Below are positions 1 to 12,539 of a stretch of 64,000 nt of DNA, one piece after another. Position numbers and translations under genes: made by a program. The notes beneath the pieces are model-generated. The model made no database searches, had not been told where the DNA came from, and saw only the letters and a program-made list of their open reading frames with translations. The DNA is from Octopus sinensis (lineage: Eukaryota), in the NCBI RefSeq assembly GCF_006345805.1, contig NC_043003.1, positions 40,982,001 to 41,046,000 on the forward strand, written 5' to 3'. The number at the start of each line of letters is the position of its first letter. The first letter of the stretch is position 1.

Positions 1-1257
1 GTGTTGTATTCCAGAATGTTCAGCGTTGTGTTTGTGTGTTACAGTAACGTGGTTTAATTTGTTATCTTAGCTGCGTATTTTGTGAGCAGTGCGATATATT
101 TTTTCTCGTAATGTATTTCAGTAGTTTCTCTTGCTTTTGTAATTGCGTGTGAAACAAGATCGACGTTGGATTTAGGAATTTAATAAGAAAAAACATTAGA
201 CTATTTTTATATTTTTGTGTTGCAGTCTATGAGGATTCGTGCTGTATAAAGACAAGCATCTCGTAACCTTTATTTGTGTTTTAGTCTGAAGTTTACTGTT
301 TTGAAGATCTCACAATTTATACATATTTATTGCTTGTTTAGCGTAGATACATTTCCTTGGAAATTTTTCATGTATAATGTTCTCGGATATTTGACCTTCA
401 TGTTTTTTCCTCTGTCGCTTACCATTTTTATTTGTCAAACAATGGTATATTGCTATTCATCCCATGTGTTATTTTTCTTCTGGTCTGTTATATGCTTTTG
501 TTTTTATGATTGAAATTTGTAATGTAGTTTTCTTCTGTTTAGGATAGTAGGAAAATTTCAAGGGAGATTTGACAGCCTATTAGTATGTCTAGCGAATGTA
601 ACAATGTCCTTTGCGTGTACTGTTCATATGTGATGTTGTTTTTGGCATGTTTCAGGAAGAGTGTGTTTGTAATGATGGCAGGTAAGATCATGGTATTACG
701 AGTTAGATGTTTACAGTGGTGTGCGGTTATTTTTGATACGTTTCACATTGGGTTTTCTGAATGTTCTTTTGCTCTTATTGATTTCTCTCTACCGCTTTTG
801 AGCCCATAGAATTAAACTGAGAAGTGTTCCAGATGTGGCCACTCCTTCTTTTGTCAAAGTGTCAAATGTCGCCGCGTAGTCATTTATAAAAAGTAACGTG
901 TATTTGTCATTTAAAGGTAACTAGACTGCTATTTCTTGCAGGCAGTGTGACCACTTGGAGATAAAACGTGAAAATGTTCCTATTATTGTGCTGACATCTT
1001 TGACTAGTAAGAGAATATATTCTTACATACTTATACTTGTTTCAATAATAGGTTTGTGGCAATAAACAGCCATGAAAAATTTGGCCATTCAGATAACTTA
1101 TAGTTGGGTACATATTCTATTGATCCTTTTGTCGAATCACTAAATTACATGGAAAAAGAAACATGCACCAGTTGTCAAGTGATTGTGGTCAAACACAAAG
1201 ATACGCACACAACAATACCTACCTACCTACCTACCTACCTACATACATACCTACAAC

Positions 1258-1505
1258 CTTCCCGTTATATATCACGTGCTCACGTGGTCTCACTTTTATC
1301 CTATATTCTACCACTAACTTCTCCTTGTTTCTTTTCTGTGTATCTTTCTGTCGAAGAGCGTAGGCTCGAAACGTAAAAGACTTGTTTTATTTTTATTCCC
1401 GATCGCCATACTAATAAAATTGTTTGTTTGTACTCCACCAACCTTCGTCTTTTGTTTATTTTCGTAAACCTGCCTTCGTCTTTTGTTTATTTTCGTAAAC
1501 CTTCC
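1258..1505 (+). mobile_element. Short non-coding element between (CTAC/CATA)n tracts carrying a hammerhead-like motif (Penelope pLTR-like)
   Basis: Same family as 14566-14735 (shared HHR-like motif and downstream CTTCGTCTTTTG...CGTAAAC); 31-bp tandem duplication at 1441-1502; microsatellites on both sides. Confidence 0.55.
1343..1380 (+). ncRNA. Minimal type I hammerhead-like motif with variant core CUGUCGA
   Basis: TCTTT-CTGTCGA-A-GAGC(GTAG)GCTC-GAAA-CG-TA-AAAGA: 5-bp stem I, 4-bp stem II, palindromic ACGT at stem III, GUA triplet. Position 6 of the core is U instead of A. Confidence 0.55.
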
Positions 1506-1507
1506 CG

Positions 1508-1538
<31 letters not shown>

Positions 1539-1540
1539 CA

Positions 1541-1570
<30 letters not shown>
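1508..1570. repeat. (CATA)n microsatellite
   Basis: Direct reading of the tandem tetranucleotide. Confidence 0.95.
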
Positions 1571-1571
<1 letters not shown>

Positions 1572-2030
1572 GGAAACATGGCAAGGCTTATTTTGTTGCT
1601 AATTCGTAATTTTGTCCAAGACTTCTTATGCAGAAAAAGACCTATAGAGGTACAGTTGCTATTTCTGGAAACATAGTGGACCAGGTAGAGCTTCGAGTTA
1701 TGGCTCGTAGTTATTGATGTTGTTCTCGTTCGGAATATTCGCAACGCCAGATACCTTCTTTCTAATAAAGTCAATGTTATTATTGTTGCCGCTGAATCCC
1801 AGGTTAGCCCTGATTAAACAACGCTAAAAACAAAATTGTTCCTTTCGTGGCCATAGAAATTTTCTGATATTGAAATATCCTATAGTATATTATCCAATCT
1901 AGTTTTATATTATATTTTATTTCATCCTTGAAGTTATATTGGAAAATAATTTTGACTTCTATTTCTAACATGTCGAGCGGCCAAATATTAGTTGCCCTAC
2001 TGGTTTGTTATTTTTGAGGTCGTTATTGCT

Positions 2031-2225
2031 GGTAATCGAACTACTATAGATTTCAAATTTCAGGAGAGGGAATAAGTCAATTACATCGTCTCCAGTGTTC
2101 AGCTTGTGCTTATTTTATCGATGCTGAAAACATAAAAGGTAAAGTCGACCAGGAGAGGAAATTGAACTCCCAACGTAAAAACGAACGAAAAGCCACGAAA
2201 CATTCTGTCAGCTCGACGCTTTTAG
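2031..2225 (-). mobile_element. Degenerate tRNA-derived SINE copy
   Basis: Diverged match to the AAGTCGATTACATCGACCCCAGTG...AAAGTCGACCTCGGCGGAATTTGAACTC block of the copies at 2433, 5409 and 46902. Confidence 0.6.
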
Positions 2226-2279
2226 CGGAGCGAATATTGATTTCAAATTTTGGCATAAAGCCAGCATGTTTGGGTGGAA

Positions 2280-2425
2280 GAGATGTTGATTACATCGACC
2301 CCAGTGTTCAACTGGTATTTATTTTCGACCCCGAAAGGATGAAAAGCAAAGTCGATCTCAGCGGAATTTGAACATAAAGACAGACAAAATGTCACACTGT
2401 TTTCCCGTCGTGCTAAGGATTCTTA
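2280..2425 (-). mobile_element. Partial tRNA-derived SINE copy
   Basis: GATTACATCGACCCCAGTG...CGACCCCGAAAGGATGAAAAGCAAAGTCGA...GGAATTTGAAC, same family as the adjacent copy. Confidence 0.75.
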
Positions 2426-2432
2426 TTTCTTT

Positions 2433-2655
2433 ACTGCCGACAAGGGGCTACACACAGATGGGACAAACAAGGACAGACAAAGGGATTAAGTCGATTACAT
2501 CGACCCCAGTGCGTAACTGGTACTTATTTAATCGACCCCGAAAGGATGAAAGGCAAAGTCGACCTCGGCGGAATTTGAACTCAGAACGTAGCGGCAGACG
2601 AAATACTGCTAAGCATTTCGCCGGCGTGCTAAGGATTATGCCAGCTCAACGCTTT
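2433..2655 (-). mobile_element. Near full-length tRNA-derived SINE (octopus-type)
   Basis: Collinear with 5409-5627, 46902-47128 and, in opposite orientation, 22977-23203; B-box-like GAGTTCAAATTCC on the minus strand. Confidence 0.85.
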
Positions 2656-3357
2656 CGATGGAGCTAATATTGGTGGTGTTGTTGTTGATGTTGATATTTG
2701 CATTTGGTTGTGGTGACTCGTCATGTCTGTTCTACAAGTATAATAGAAGGCATCCATTACTAACCATGTCCTGGTCATTTAATTCGCCTGACCGCATGCA
2801 AGGATTGAACCACGTGATAAATGTCAAAATTATGCTAAAGACCGGAAGTTCATAGAAATACACTTTCCCGCTCCCTCTTACCATTTATTTTCATACGCAT
2901 TTATTCTCCACCACCCCCCATCCGTGGAAGAGGGTTCTATGCATATTTTACTTACATGCCTACAATAAACCCAGGCGCACGTATATAAAAACACACTCAC
3001 ATAAAGAAAGATATAAATACAAGTACACACGTACACTAACACAAAAACACACGGACACACCCAGAAGACAAACGCTTCGTATACACATATGCATTTAGAA
3101 AACACACCCATATATATATATGAATATATATATATGTATAGACACTTACATGCATACACACACACATATATATAAATGTTTATATATATATGTGTGTTCT
3201 TTGTGTGTATAAGTACATATATACATATCTATATACTTATTTATATGCATATATATATATACACGTAGAGGTAGATGTATATATATATATATATGTATAT
3301 ATTTATATGTATATATATACATATATTTATTTATTTATATCTATGTTTATATATATA

Positions 3358-3396
<39 letters not shown>

Positions 3397-5408
3397 TATA
3401 CATGCACTTATATATACTTATATATATATGCATCTATTCATGTATAGATACATACATATGTATGTGTATATGTGTGTATGAACATGTATGTGTGTGTGTG
3501 TGTGAAGATTATCTCAATAAGCAGCTATATATACACCTATATGTGTGTATGCATACGTATCAACATTTGTATACAAACATAATCACTTTTACACAAACCC
3601 ACACACATATATTCACACTCATATACATACATTTATACAATGTACATTCATTCATACACTCATCTTTTCACTATAAATTTTGTTGGTGTTGCTTTTTCGT
3701 CCTAGTTAAGAGGTGAAGAGTCAAACGTCAACGAAATCCGTCCAGCCGTGACATTCCTCCAAACTTTTGCATATCCAAGACTATCGATCCCGAAATATTC
3801 TTCCATTTTAAATACAGTAGAATGTAATCTAGAGTAGATTTTGTAATTTACTTCGTGAATATAAGAGGCCACACAAAACTGCCCTCCTTTGCTGCAGAAA
3901 TTGTTATTTACTAGCATGTGTACAGCGATAAGCAAGCAGATTTAAGATCAGTCCAACCGTGGTCATACCGTCTTTTGCCTCGGTAATTTATGCTAGAATA
4001 TATCTAGTGTGGTTTTCACATTTAAAATTGCATAGTGATATACATGAGAGGGTTTTCTTCTATTACCATGAAACGCAACGATAGGGTTGATGCTCCTCAT
4101 ATTGGCAATGTCGATATGCAGTCATGTCACACTCACTTCTACGTTGTTCGTTGTTCATTTTATCCTAACATTTCAGCCCTCTTTTTTTTTTAATATATTC
4201 TCATCTGTGTCTATTCCTCTTCTGCCGTAGAATCCTTTGTATTCCTAGTCTCTTCTCTTCTCCAACGGAATGTGCTGCAGTTCAAAATATTAATCCATAT
4301 ATTTTCTATCCTTCCGGTTTGAGCAATCACTTTTTCTTTTCTTGTCTGCACTGGTATATGTTTGTAAGTGTTTACACCTCAGAAGAACACACATGCACAC
4401 ACACACACCACACACACACACACGCGCGCGCGCGCGCGCGCACACGCATACACGCACTCACACAGAGAGACAAAGACACACACACACACACACACCTACA
4501 AACACACACTAAGACACGTGCAATGTTGAAGAAACATGATATTAATTCAAAACTCAAATAAAATCTTCTCATATTTCTGTTATCGTAATAGCATTATATA
4601 CTATTAAGTATCACAGATTTTTCTCGTACACTTACAGCCTGCTCACTGATATATTCTGTTATTGTGTATCCTATATATTTTTTCGTTTAGGGATTGAGGG
4701 TTATTCAATCTAAAAACCTGCTTTGACTAATCTGTAAATTTACTTTACCTTCGTTCTGTATCCGAAATTCATTATCGCCCAGAATTGTATTTAGAGGTAA
4801 AATATTTATTTACTTTGTATATGCTTTGATATTAACGATGTGTTTTGTAATGATGTGCAGTTGGAAAAAATAGCATTAGGCAATTACTTCAATGCTATTC
4901 TGTAAATATAGACTTGAGTATTGTGAATTCATGTTTTTTTCTCCACTCTCAAGTCAAAATGCTACAATGACAAATGGTAATCAAACATGGTGACCGACAA
5001 GCTCAGGATTTGCTGCTCGTTAGTTTGAGGAAAGCAAATTTTCAAGGGATCGGTCGCTTTCCGGTAGGTTCATGGTCAAGCATGTGGCAGTAGAGACCAC
5101 TGATGTTCTCGGCCCCCGGACAATATCGTTGGCTATCCGCAAATGCGAATCCTGTGAGTCAGAGTAGCGGTTCCAGCGCAACTCACTCGTCGTTCAGGAT
5201 AACGCCTTCTCAGTTTTGTCTACTGGGAACTTGAGGCAGTGTAAATCATAGGAAATTGTACGTTCCACTTCTTAATGCAAAGTTATTCCAAATAATGTAG
5301 TGACACAGCATCAAAAAATGCTTAATAACTAAATAAGTTAAGACGTAGTATCATGTAGGGTATTTGTTTGTCAACATGTATTTGGATACAAAATATATAT
5401 TTCTTTAC

Positions 5409-5627
5409 TAACCACAAGGGGCTAAACACAGGGGACAAACAAGGACAGACAAAGGGATTAAGTCGATTACATCGATCCTAGTGCGTAACTGGTACTTAAT
5501 TTATCGACCCCGAAAGGATAAAAACAAAGTCGACCTCGGCGGAATTTGAACTCAGAACGTAACGACAGATGAAATACGGCTACGCATTTCGCTCGGCGTG
5601 CTAACGTTTCTGCCGGCTCGCCGCCTT
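5409..5627 (-). mobile_element. Full-length tRNA-derived SINE (octopus-type)
   Basis: Highly similar to 46902-47128 over about 220 bp; the minus strand starts AAGGCGGCGAGCCGGCAGAAACGTTAGCACG and carries a B-box-like GAGTTCAAATTCC. Confidence 0.9.
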
Positions 5628-6182
5628 TTTGGACACAGAATATATATTACACGTTTCTTTGACGGTGTTCTTCAATAAGGAATATAACACGATATTTTGT
5701 TTGGGTGAGTGACAAATATTCACTCATTAAAATAGTGGAAAATAATGTCAATATACTTTGCCTTTCTCAGGTTCCATATACGCTGCTGCAAACTTGTATG
5801 TTTCTATTAAACAGGCATTGAAGCCCTCCGCATAATGCAATCAGAATTCCTCATCACGGACACTGTTTTCTGTTTCACTTCTCGCATCTTGTAAGAAATT
5901 CTTTGACGCACTGCTTTGTTTCAAGACTGTCACATAACACATCAGGAACTACGTGAAATACTACCTACTATGTGATAGTTCAAACCTCTAGAAATGACAT
6001 CTGCAATACAAAATAACCTCATGTTCCATTCTTTCGCATAAAAAACAAATTCGACGAATTTAATCAAATACACAAATACGTACACATACAGAAAATTTAT
6101 ACATATACATAATACGTGTATGTGTGTGTGTATGTATGTATGTATGTATGTATGTATGTATGTATGTATCTATGTATGTATG

Positions 6183-6213
<31 letters not shown>

Positions 6214-6345
6214 GTGGGTACATGTGTGCACATAAGACATGCACACAGATATATGTACGTTTCTATCATTCGACAGATGTAATATAATCACAAAATATGA
6301 GAGTGTATGCAAATTTATATATAATATGTATGTATATATGTATAC

Positions 6346-6409
<64 letters not shown>

Positions 6410-6620
6410 ATACATATATATACCCACACGTGTATATGTATACATATAAATACCTATGTATAAACACACATATATACATATATACATATATATGTATACA
6501 CACATATATATATATACATATATATATAATGTATATGTAGATATGTATATCTATCTAACTATCTAGCTAGCTAGCTATCTCTCTTCTCTCTCTCTCTCTT
6601 TCTCACTCTCTCTCTCTCTC

Positions 6621-6668
<48 letters not shown>

Positions 6669-7406
6669 AACATATATCTATATATATGCGCCTGTTCACA
6701 CGTAACACTTTATATGCTAGAGCGGTATTTTAAAATAAATTGGTTCTAAAGAACGCGTTGATTCGCTACTTTCTCCCAATATTCACAAAACATCAAATTA
6801 CCGAGTGATATGTAGCAAATTCTTCGCCATTCTTATATATTTATGTATACATACACTGGTGTATGTATTTATTTGTTTTGTGTGTAAGACAATTTTAATC
6901 ATGACAACACGTGCGATGTCATTTTTGCTTCTTTTCTATTTCCCGTTGTGCTTCCTTAAACTTGTTCTCTGCCAGAAAATAAGGGAATTATTCAACGCTG
7001 AGTCAGAGGAATATGAAAGGAGCATTTTTGAATGATTGAAGGTCTTGTTAGATCTACGTCCACACATACACACACATCTGTATATAAATACATATGCATT
7101 TATGTATATATGTATACGCATGTACGCATGTGGGTGTGTATGTGTGTGTGTGTGTGTGTGTGTATTTGTAAAGATATATATACATGTATGCATGGATTCA
7201 TTGGGTTAAGAATATGTGGAATATATGACTATTTGCAAACATCTTTCTCTGTGAATATATGTGCTTCCATAATTAAGTAAACGCGTCCCTTCACAGATGT
7301 ATAAAGTTAGATATATTGCCGTGCTGATGTATATATATTATAATATTTATATCTCTGTAAACACATACTCACTCACACACATATAATGACATATGTATAC
7401 ACACAC

Positions 7407-7459
<53 letters not shown>

Positions 7460-7487
7460 CCTGTATATGTATATATGTATGTATATA

Positions 7488-7521
<34 letters not shown>

Positions 7522-7530
7522 CATATCTCC

Positions 7531-7584
<54 letters not shown>

Positions 7585-7737
7585 CATATGTAAGAGGAAT
7601 ATCCACCAAAACGGATTCCTAATTTGCTAGAATATGCCAGATCGTCTTACCACGAAGAATGTGTTCTCAAGAAATTTCAGCAAAGGCTAGAGCGAAAGCG
7701 CGCAAGACAAATGAAAAGATACAAAATTTGGCAATAA

Positions 7738-7803
7738 ACTCCATACCTCAGGTTTCGCAATTAACGGTCGCTTATGTGATCGTCCGTAGTTCATCAGTGA
7801 AGT
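7738..7803 (-). ncRNA. Type I hammerhead ribozyme motif
   Basis: Minus strand: ACTTCA-CTGATGA-ACTACGGACGATCACATAAGCGACCGTTAATTGC-GAAA-CCTGAGG-TA-TGGAGT. Intact core, 6-bp stem I (one G:U), quasi-palindromic stem III, GUA triplet; A.C mismatch at the base of stem II. Confidence 0.7.
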
Positions 7804-8241
7804 CGTTGCGGGAAAACATAAGTGAGAGAACTAGACACAAGACGTCCTCTCGAAAGAGAGTGTGCATAAAGTTCTGCCAATTATGTATCAGGGTCTATTT
7901 CGAATGTCTTCATTTTGGTTCGCTGAAACAGGAAAGAACTCTGCAGTAAATGAGATTCCGCAGCAAAGTTACCGGTTAGAGAACATGGCTATTTAAATGT
8001 TAAATAATGAGGGTAGAAATTAATATTATTAATTAATATCAATTTAAACCAGTGGCCTAGCATACTTAAAAAATCCGAAGTCTATGAATTATATTACACA
8101 TATAAGAGGAATAACCACCAAGGTATTTTCCTAATATGCTAGAAGGTCGTGTTACCCCGAAGAATGTATTCACAAGAAATTTTAGCAAACACCAGAATGT
8201 AAGCGTGCAAGACAGATGAAACGATAAAAATTTGGCAATAA

Positions 8242-8306
8242 ACTTCATACCCCAGTTTTCGCTATTAACGGTCACTTGGTGATCGTCTGTAGTTCATCAG
8301 CGATGT
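8242..8306 (-). ncRNA. Type I hammerhead motif, second more degenerate copy
   Basis: Minus strand: ACATCG-CTGATGA-ACTA...TCAC(CAA)GTGA...TAGC-GAAA-ACTGGGG-TA-TGAAGT. Core intact, stem II well paired, stem III disrupted. Confidence 0.55.
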
Positions 8307-8544
8307 GGTTGCAGGAAAACATAATTCAGAGAACTGGATAGAAAACGTCCTCTCGAAAGAGAACGTGTTTTTTTCATAGCGTTTGTCTTAATTACTTACT
8401 TATGATATGCCGGAACAGACTTTCTGCTCCGGCATCCGAAACTCTGAGTTTTATTATGACGACCAACTAACTTTGACATACTATATTTATAGATAGATTC
8501 CTCAATTTTACATAACATCGAGGCTCATTCATTCTTTTGTTGTT

Positions 8545-8562
8545 ATATTATTATTATTATTA

Positions 8563-8606
<44 letters not shown>

Positions 8607-8694
8607 TATTATTATTATATTATTATTATTATTATTATTAATATATATATATATATATATATATATTATTATTATTAATTATATATATATATAT

Positions 8695-8732
<38 letters not shown>

Positions 8733-8751
8733 TATATATATTATTATTATT

Positions 8752-8793
<42 letters not shown>

Positions 8794-8820
8794 TTATTAT
8801 TAATATATATATATATATAT
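8545..8820. repeat. Compound (TTA)n/(TA)n microsatellite
   Basis: Direct reading. Confidence 0.95.
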
Positions 8821-9359
8821 ATGTATGCCAAATTAGCAAATTGCATCCAGCAGTGTTGAAAATCTGAGCGACTGGCGGATGATGGATCTGTCATCACGAG
8901 GTGATGTAACCTATTTTCTACCCGTATTTATATTGTCTTGCGCCGTAAATAGAGAACATTTCAACTACTGAGCAATTTGCCTTTTGAAACATTCCATCTT
9001 CATGATGATCTACGATTTGACCTCGCTCACACTTAATCAACGCCCTTGTTTTAGGCATTTTGGTGTTTATTAACTGTATCTACAACGTATTTCAGCATGA
9101 AACTCTGAAATAATCAAGGAAACAAATTAACTTTGGACGTTCGTCTTATAATTGGTTGCATATGTACAGAATAGTATAAAAGTGAAATTCATGCTAAAGG
9201 CAGGTCAACCATATATTAAAACTAATGTATATTGTGAAGTATATTATAATTTATCATGTGCACGAGTTACATTAGCATTGAGATTGTAGAACTCCAAAAC
9301 ATTGGGGGTTGCCTAATACTTTTGGCAAAATCTGTATATATATATATATGTATATTTTC

Positions 9360-9467
<108 letters not shown>

Positions 9468-10219
9468 ATATTATATATATATATACATATGCAAATATAC
9501 CTATATACTTACACACGTTTATGTAAATATGGGTTTGTGCGCGAGGGAGGATGTTTCATGTGAAAAAAAGGATCACAAGTGTAACTGTGATGCTCGAGTA
9601 ATCATAAATATCCTTACATACATCTTTATGCATTATGTAAAATATTAAGATGGATTTGCAGAGAAGATGAGAAAATGTATGCATTCATACAAAAAAAAAC
9701 ATTCAACACACACATATCTATGCGCAAACATATTTCCTTATCCATATGTATACATGGATGTGCTTGTATATGTGTATATGTGCATGTGTGTATGTGTGAG
9801 TGTGTGTATATGTGTGAATGTGTATGCGTGTGTCTCATTTTGTGTGTGTGTCTATGTTTGTGCGTGCGTGTGTGTTTGTGTGGGTGTGTGCATGTATATA
9901 TATATATATAATATATATATATATATGAATATATATTAATGTTTGTTTTTATGATATCCTGAAGACAACTTTACTTTAATCTAATGGGCTTAGCTGGCCC
10001 AAACTTCAAAGTCACTCTGAACAACATTCTTCTATAAGAATGACGCAGACATACACACAGACACACACACACACAGACATACACACAAACACTCGCGCTC
10101 GAACAGACACATACACTGACACACACAGAGGCACGCAATTACGCACTCACTCACGCACACACATGCATATTCATAGACATATATAATATGCATGCATATC
10201 CAAATGTGCTTCTGTATAC

Positions 10220-10268
<49 letters not shown>

Positions 10269-10358
10269 ATATATATATAATAATAATAAGAGTAAATAAT
10301 TTCTTCGATGGTTTTTTGAAAAACCAGTTAGTAATATAATAATAAAAGTAAATAATTC

Positions 10359-10408
<50 letters not shown>

Positions 10409-10775
10409 AGAGAGAGAGAGAGATACATACATACATACATACATACATACATACACATTTATGTGTAGGTTTCTGCATGTATATATGCCTGTGCCTGAGT
10501 CTTGGTGAGAAACTCTGCTTTATTAAAGATTAAATTATTAGCTTAAAATGGATTAATGAATCGCTTTTTATATACTAACTACACATGCATTAAAAAACAC
10601 GCCACATATGCTCTTTCCACACACACGCAATATATGAATACATACACACACGTACACACGCACACACACACACATGAAAATTTGTTTTAAAGATCAGAAT
10701 CACCTCTATATAAGTAAAGGAAAATAGACGCACACGCATCTTTTTGCTTGTGCGTGAGTGTGTTTACCTGTATAG

Positions 10776-10816
<41 letters not shown>

Positions 10817-10989
10817 AGTGTGTGCGCATATATGTATGTATGTGTGTATGTAGGTATTTATGTATCTATTAATCAATTTATATATATATATATATATATA
10901 GTGTAATAAATACAATATATGCATACGTACAAACATATATGTACGTACCTACATCTACATGTATATATACATGCATATATAAATATATA

Positions 10990-11400
10990 TACGTGAGTAC
11001 AGGACACCACAACTAGACGTAGAACTCAACGAGAAACGAAAACGGGAAAAACATATTTTTACAACAGAAAAACAATGTACAGGACATACTACACAAGGAA
11101 AAATCCCCAATCATCAGCTGTCGCTAGTTAGACTCAAGCGTGTTTCGAAGGCAAAACATGACACGACTCGTCAAAACTAGGCCTTCCTGCGAGAGAATTA
11201 AAATAAAATTACTTCGCAGTGGGGTAAAACCAAGCAAGAAAAAAATGTAACACAAAGAGGACGTAACAATAAAACTGCACAATAAAATACAAGATAAAAA
11301 TACATGTACAAGAAAACACAAAACGAGAAATAGAAAGAAAATACAATACGAGAAATCAAAATAAACAAGAAGACAAACGAGAAAAACAAACGAAAAGGCC
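10990..11400 (-). mobile_element. Strand-biased (A-rich on +) interspersed element, possibly pLTR-like
   Basis: Lies between (TA)n tracts and inside a 71-bp direct repeat; the minus strand has a GAAGGC...GCCTTC-GAAAC hairpin and a separate CTGATGA, but not in a clean HHR order. Confidence 0.35.
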
Positions 11401-11768
11401 TTTTTTGTGGCTTAGACGGAAGATGTCCTAGCAGCGCATGGAAATATGACTTTACAGGTTGAAAGCAGCATGCAAAAGGAAGTGGTTTAGTCTAGCAGTG
11501 ACAAAGATGAGGAGGAGTGAGAGAGAGAGGAAGACACGCGGCTGAGAGAGAGATGAGGAAGAGTGAGAGGGAGAGAGAGTGGGGAAGTTAAAGCAAAGGG
11601 AGAGAATTTCGCGTCATAATAATATATAAAACAGTACTAGGAGCATAAGAAATGGAACGAAGCGACGAATCGAAACGAACCCGACGCGAACGCGCTGTCA
11701 GACAATAGTGTAATAAATAAAATATATGCATACATACAAACATATATGTACGTACCAACATCTACATG

Positions 11769-11832
<64 letters not shown>

Positions 11833-11871
11833 CATACATAAATACATACATATATATACATATATACATAC

Positions 11872-11904
<33 letters not shown>

Positions 11905-12105
11905 CATACACATCTTGCACGATTCATGATGTGAAATCGTGTCTTGAAACATATATTTTTATATTTGGGGATATTCAGAGATGTGAGATAAAGAGTCATT
12001 GATGAGGTCACAGGATGAATGCGAAAGAGCTTTGACAAGAAACTGAAATAATAATAGGAAGGCTTCAGTAAAACTAAATGCACGTACATATATATACATA
12101 CATAC

Positions 12106-12171
<66 letters not shown>

Positions 12172-12189
12172 CAATTTTGAAGATGTTTA

Positions 12190-12237
12190 TTCACTTGACC
12201 GGTTTCACGTTTTTAGAAAAAGATCGTCAAAAGTAAA
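12190..12237 (-). ncRNA. Degenerate type I hammerhead-like motif
   Basis: Minus strand: TTTACTT-TTGACGA-TCTTTTTCTAAAAACGT-GAAA-CCGG-TC-AAGTGAA. 7-bp stem I, palindromic CCGG stem III, GUC triplet; C3 replaced by U. Confidence 0.45.
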
Positions 12238-12539
12238 ATGTAAAGCTTTGTATGAGCTTTTTGTGTTAAGTACTGGTTATTACAAAAATATTAAAATACA
12301 GATTTACATTCTTTGATAATAATAAGAAAATGTTAAAAACTGTTTCCAAGAAAGTATTTAAGAAAGTAATCAGAACGGGACTCCAAAAAGTATTTTGAGT
12401 TCACTAAAAATCATGGTTGTTTGTCAGTATATATATACACAGGAAGGGATATATTTAAGAATTTACAAAAAAGTTGTAGAGGAATAACTGACCTGTCTAT
12501 CTGATATCAGGTAAATAATTAATGAATCTTGTACTCTAA

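Larger units (their letters stand above)
7585..8365 (-). mobile_element. Head-to-tail diverged duplication of an about 270-bp HHR-bearing block (spacing about 504 bp); Penelope pLTR/retrozyme-like
   Basis: 7585-7860 aligns with 8100-8365 along its length with many substitutions; each copy has a hammerhead motif on the minus strand; starts right after a (TA)n tract. Confidence 0.65.

Noticed and set aside
11100-11205. Possible HHR on the minus strand (GAAGGC...GCCTTC-GAAAC plus a downstream CTGATGA)
   Set aside because: The core elements are not in type I order, and neither a type II nor a type III fold gives convincing stems.
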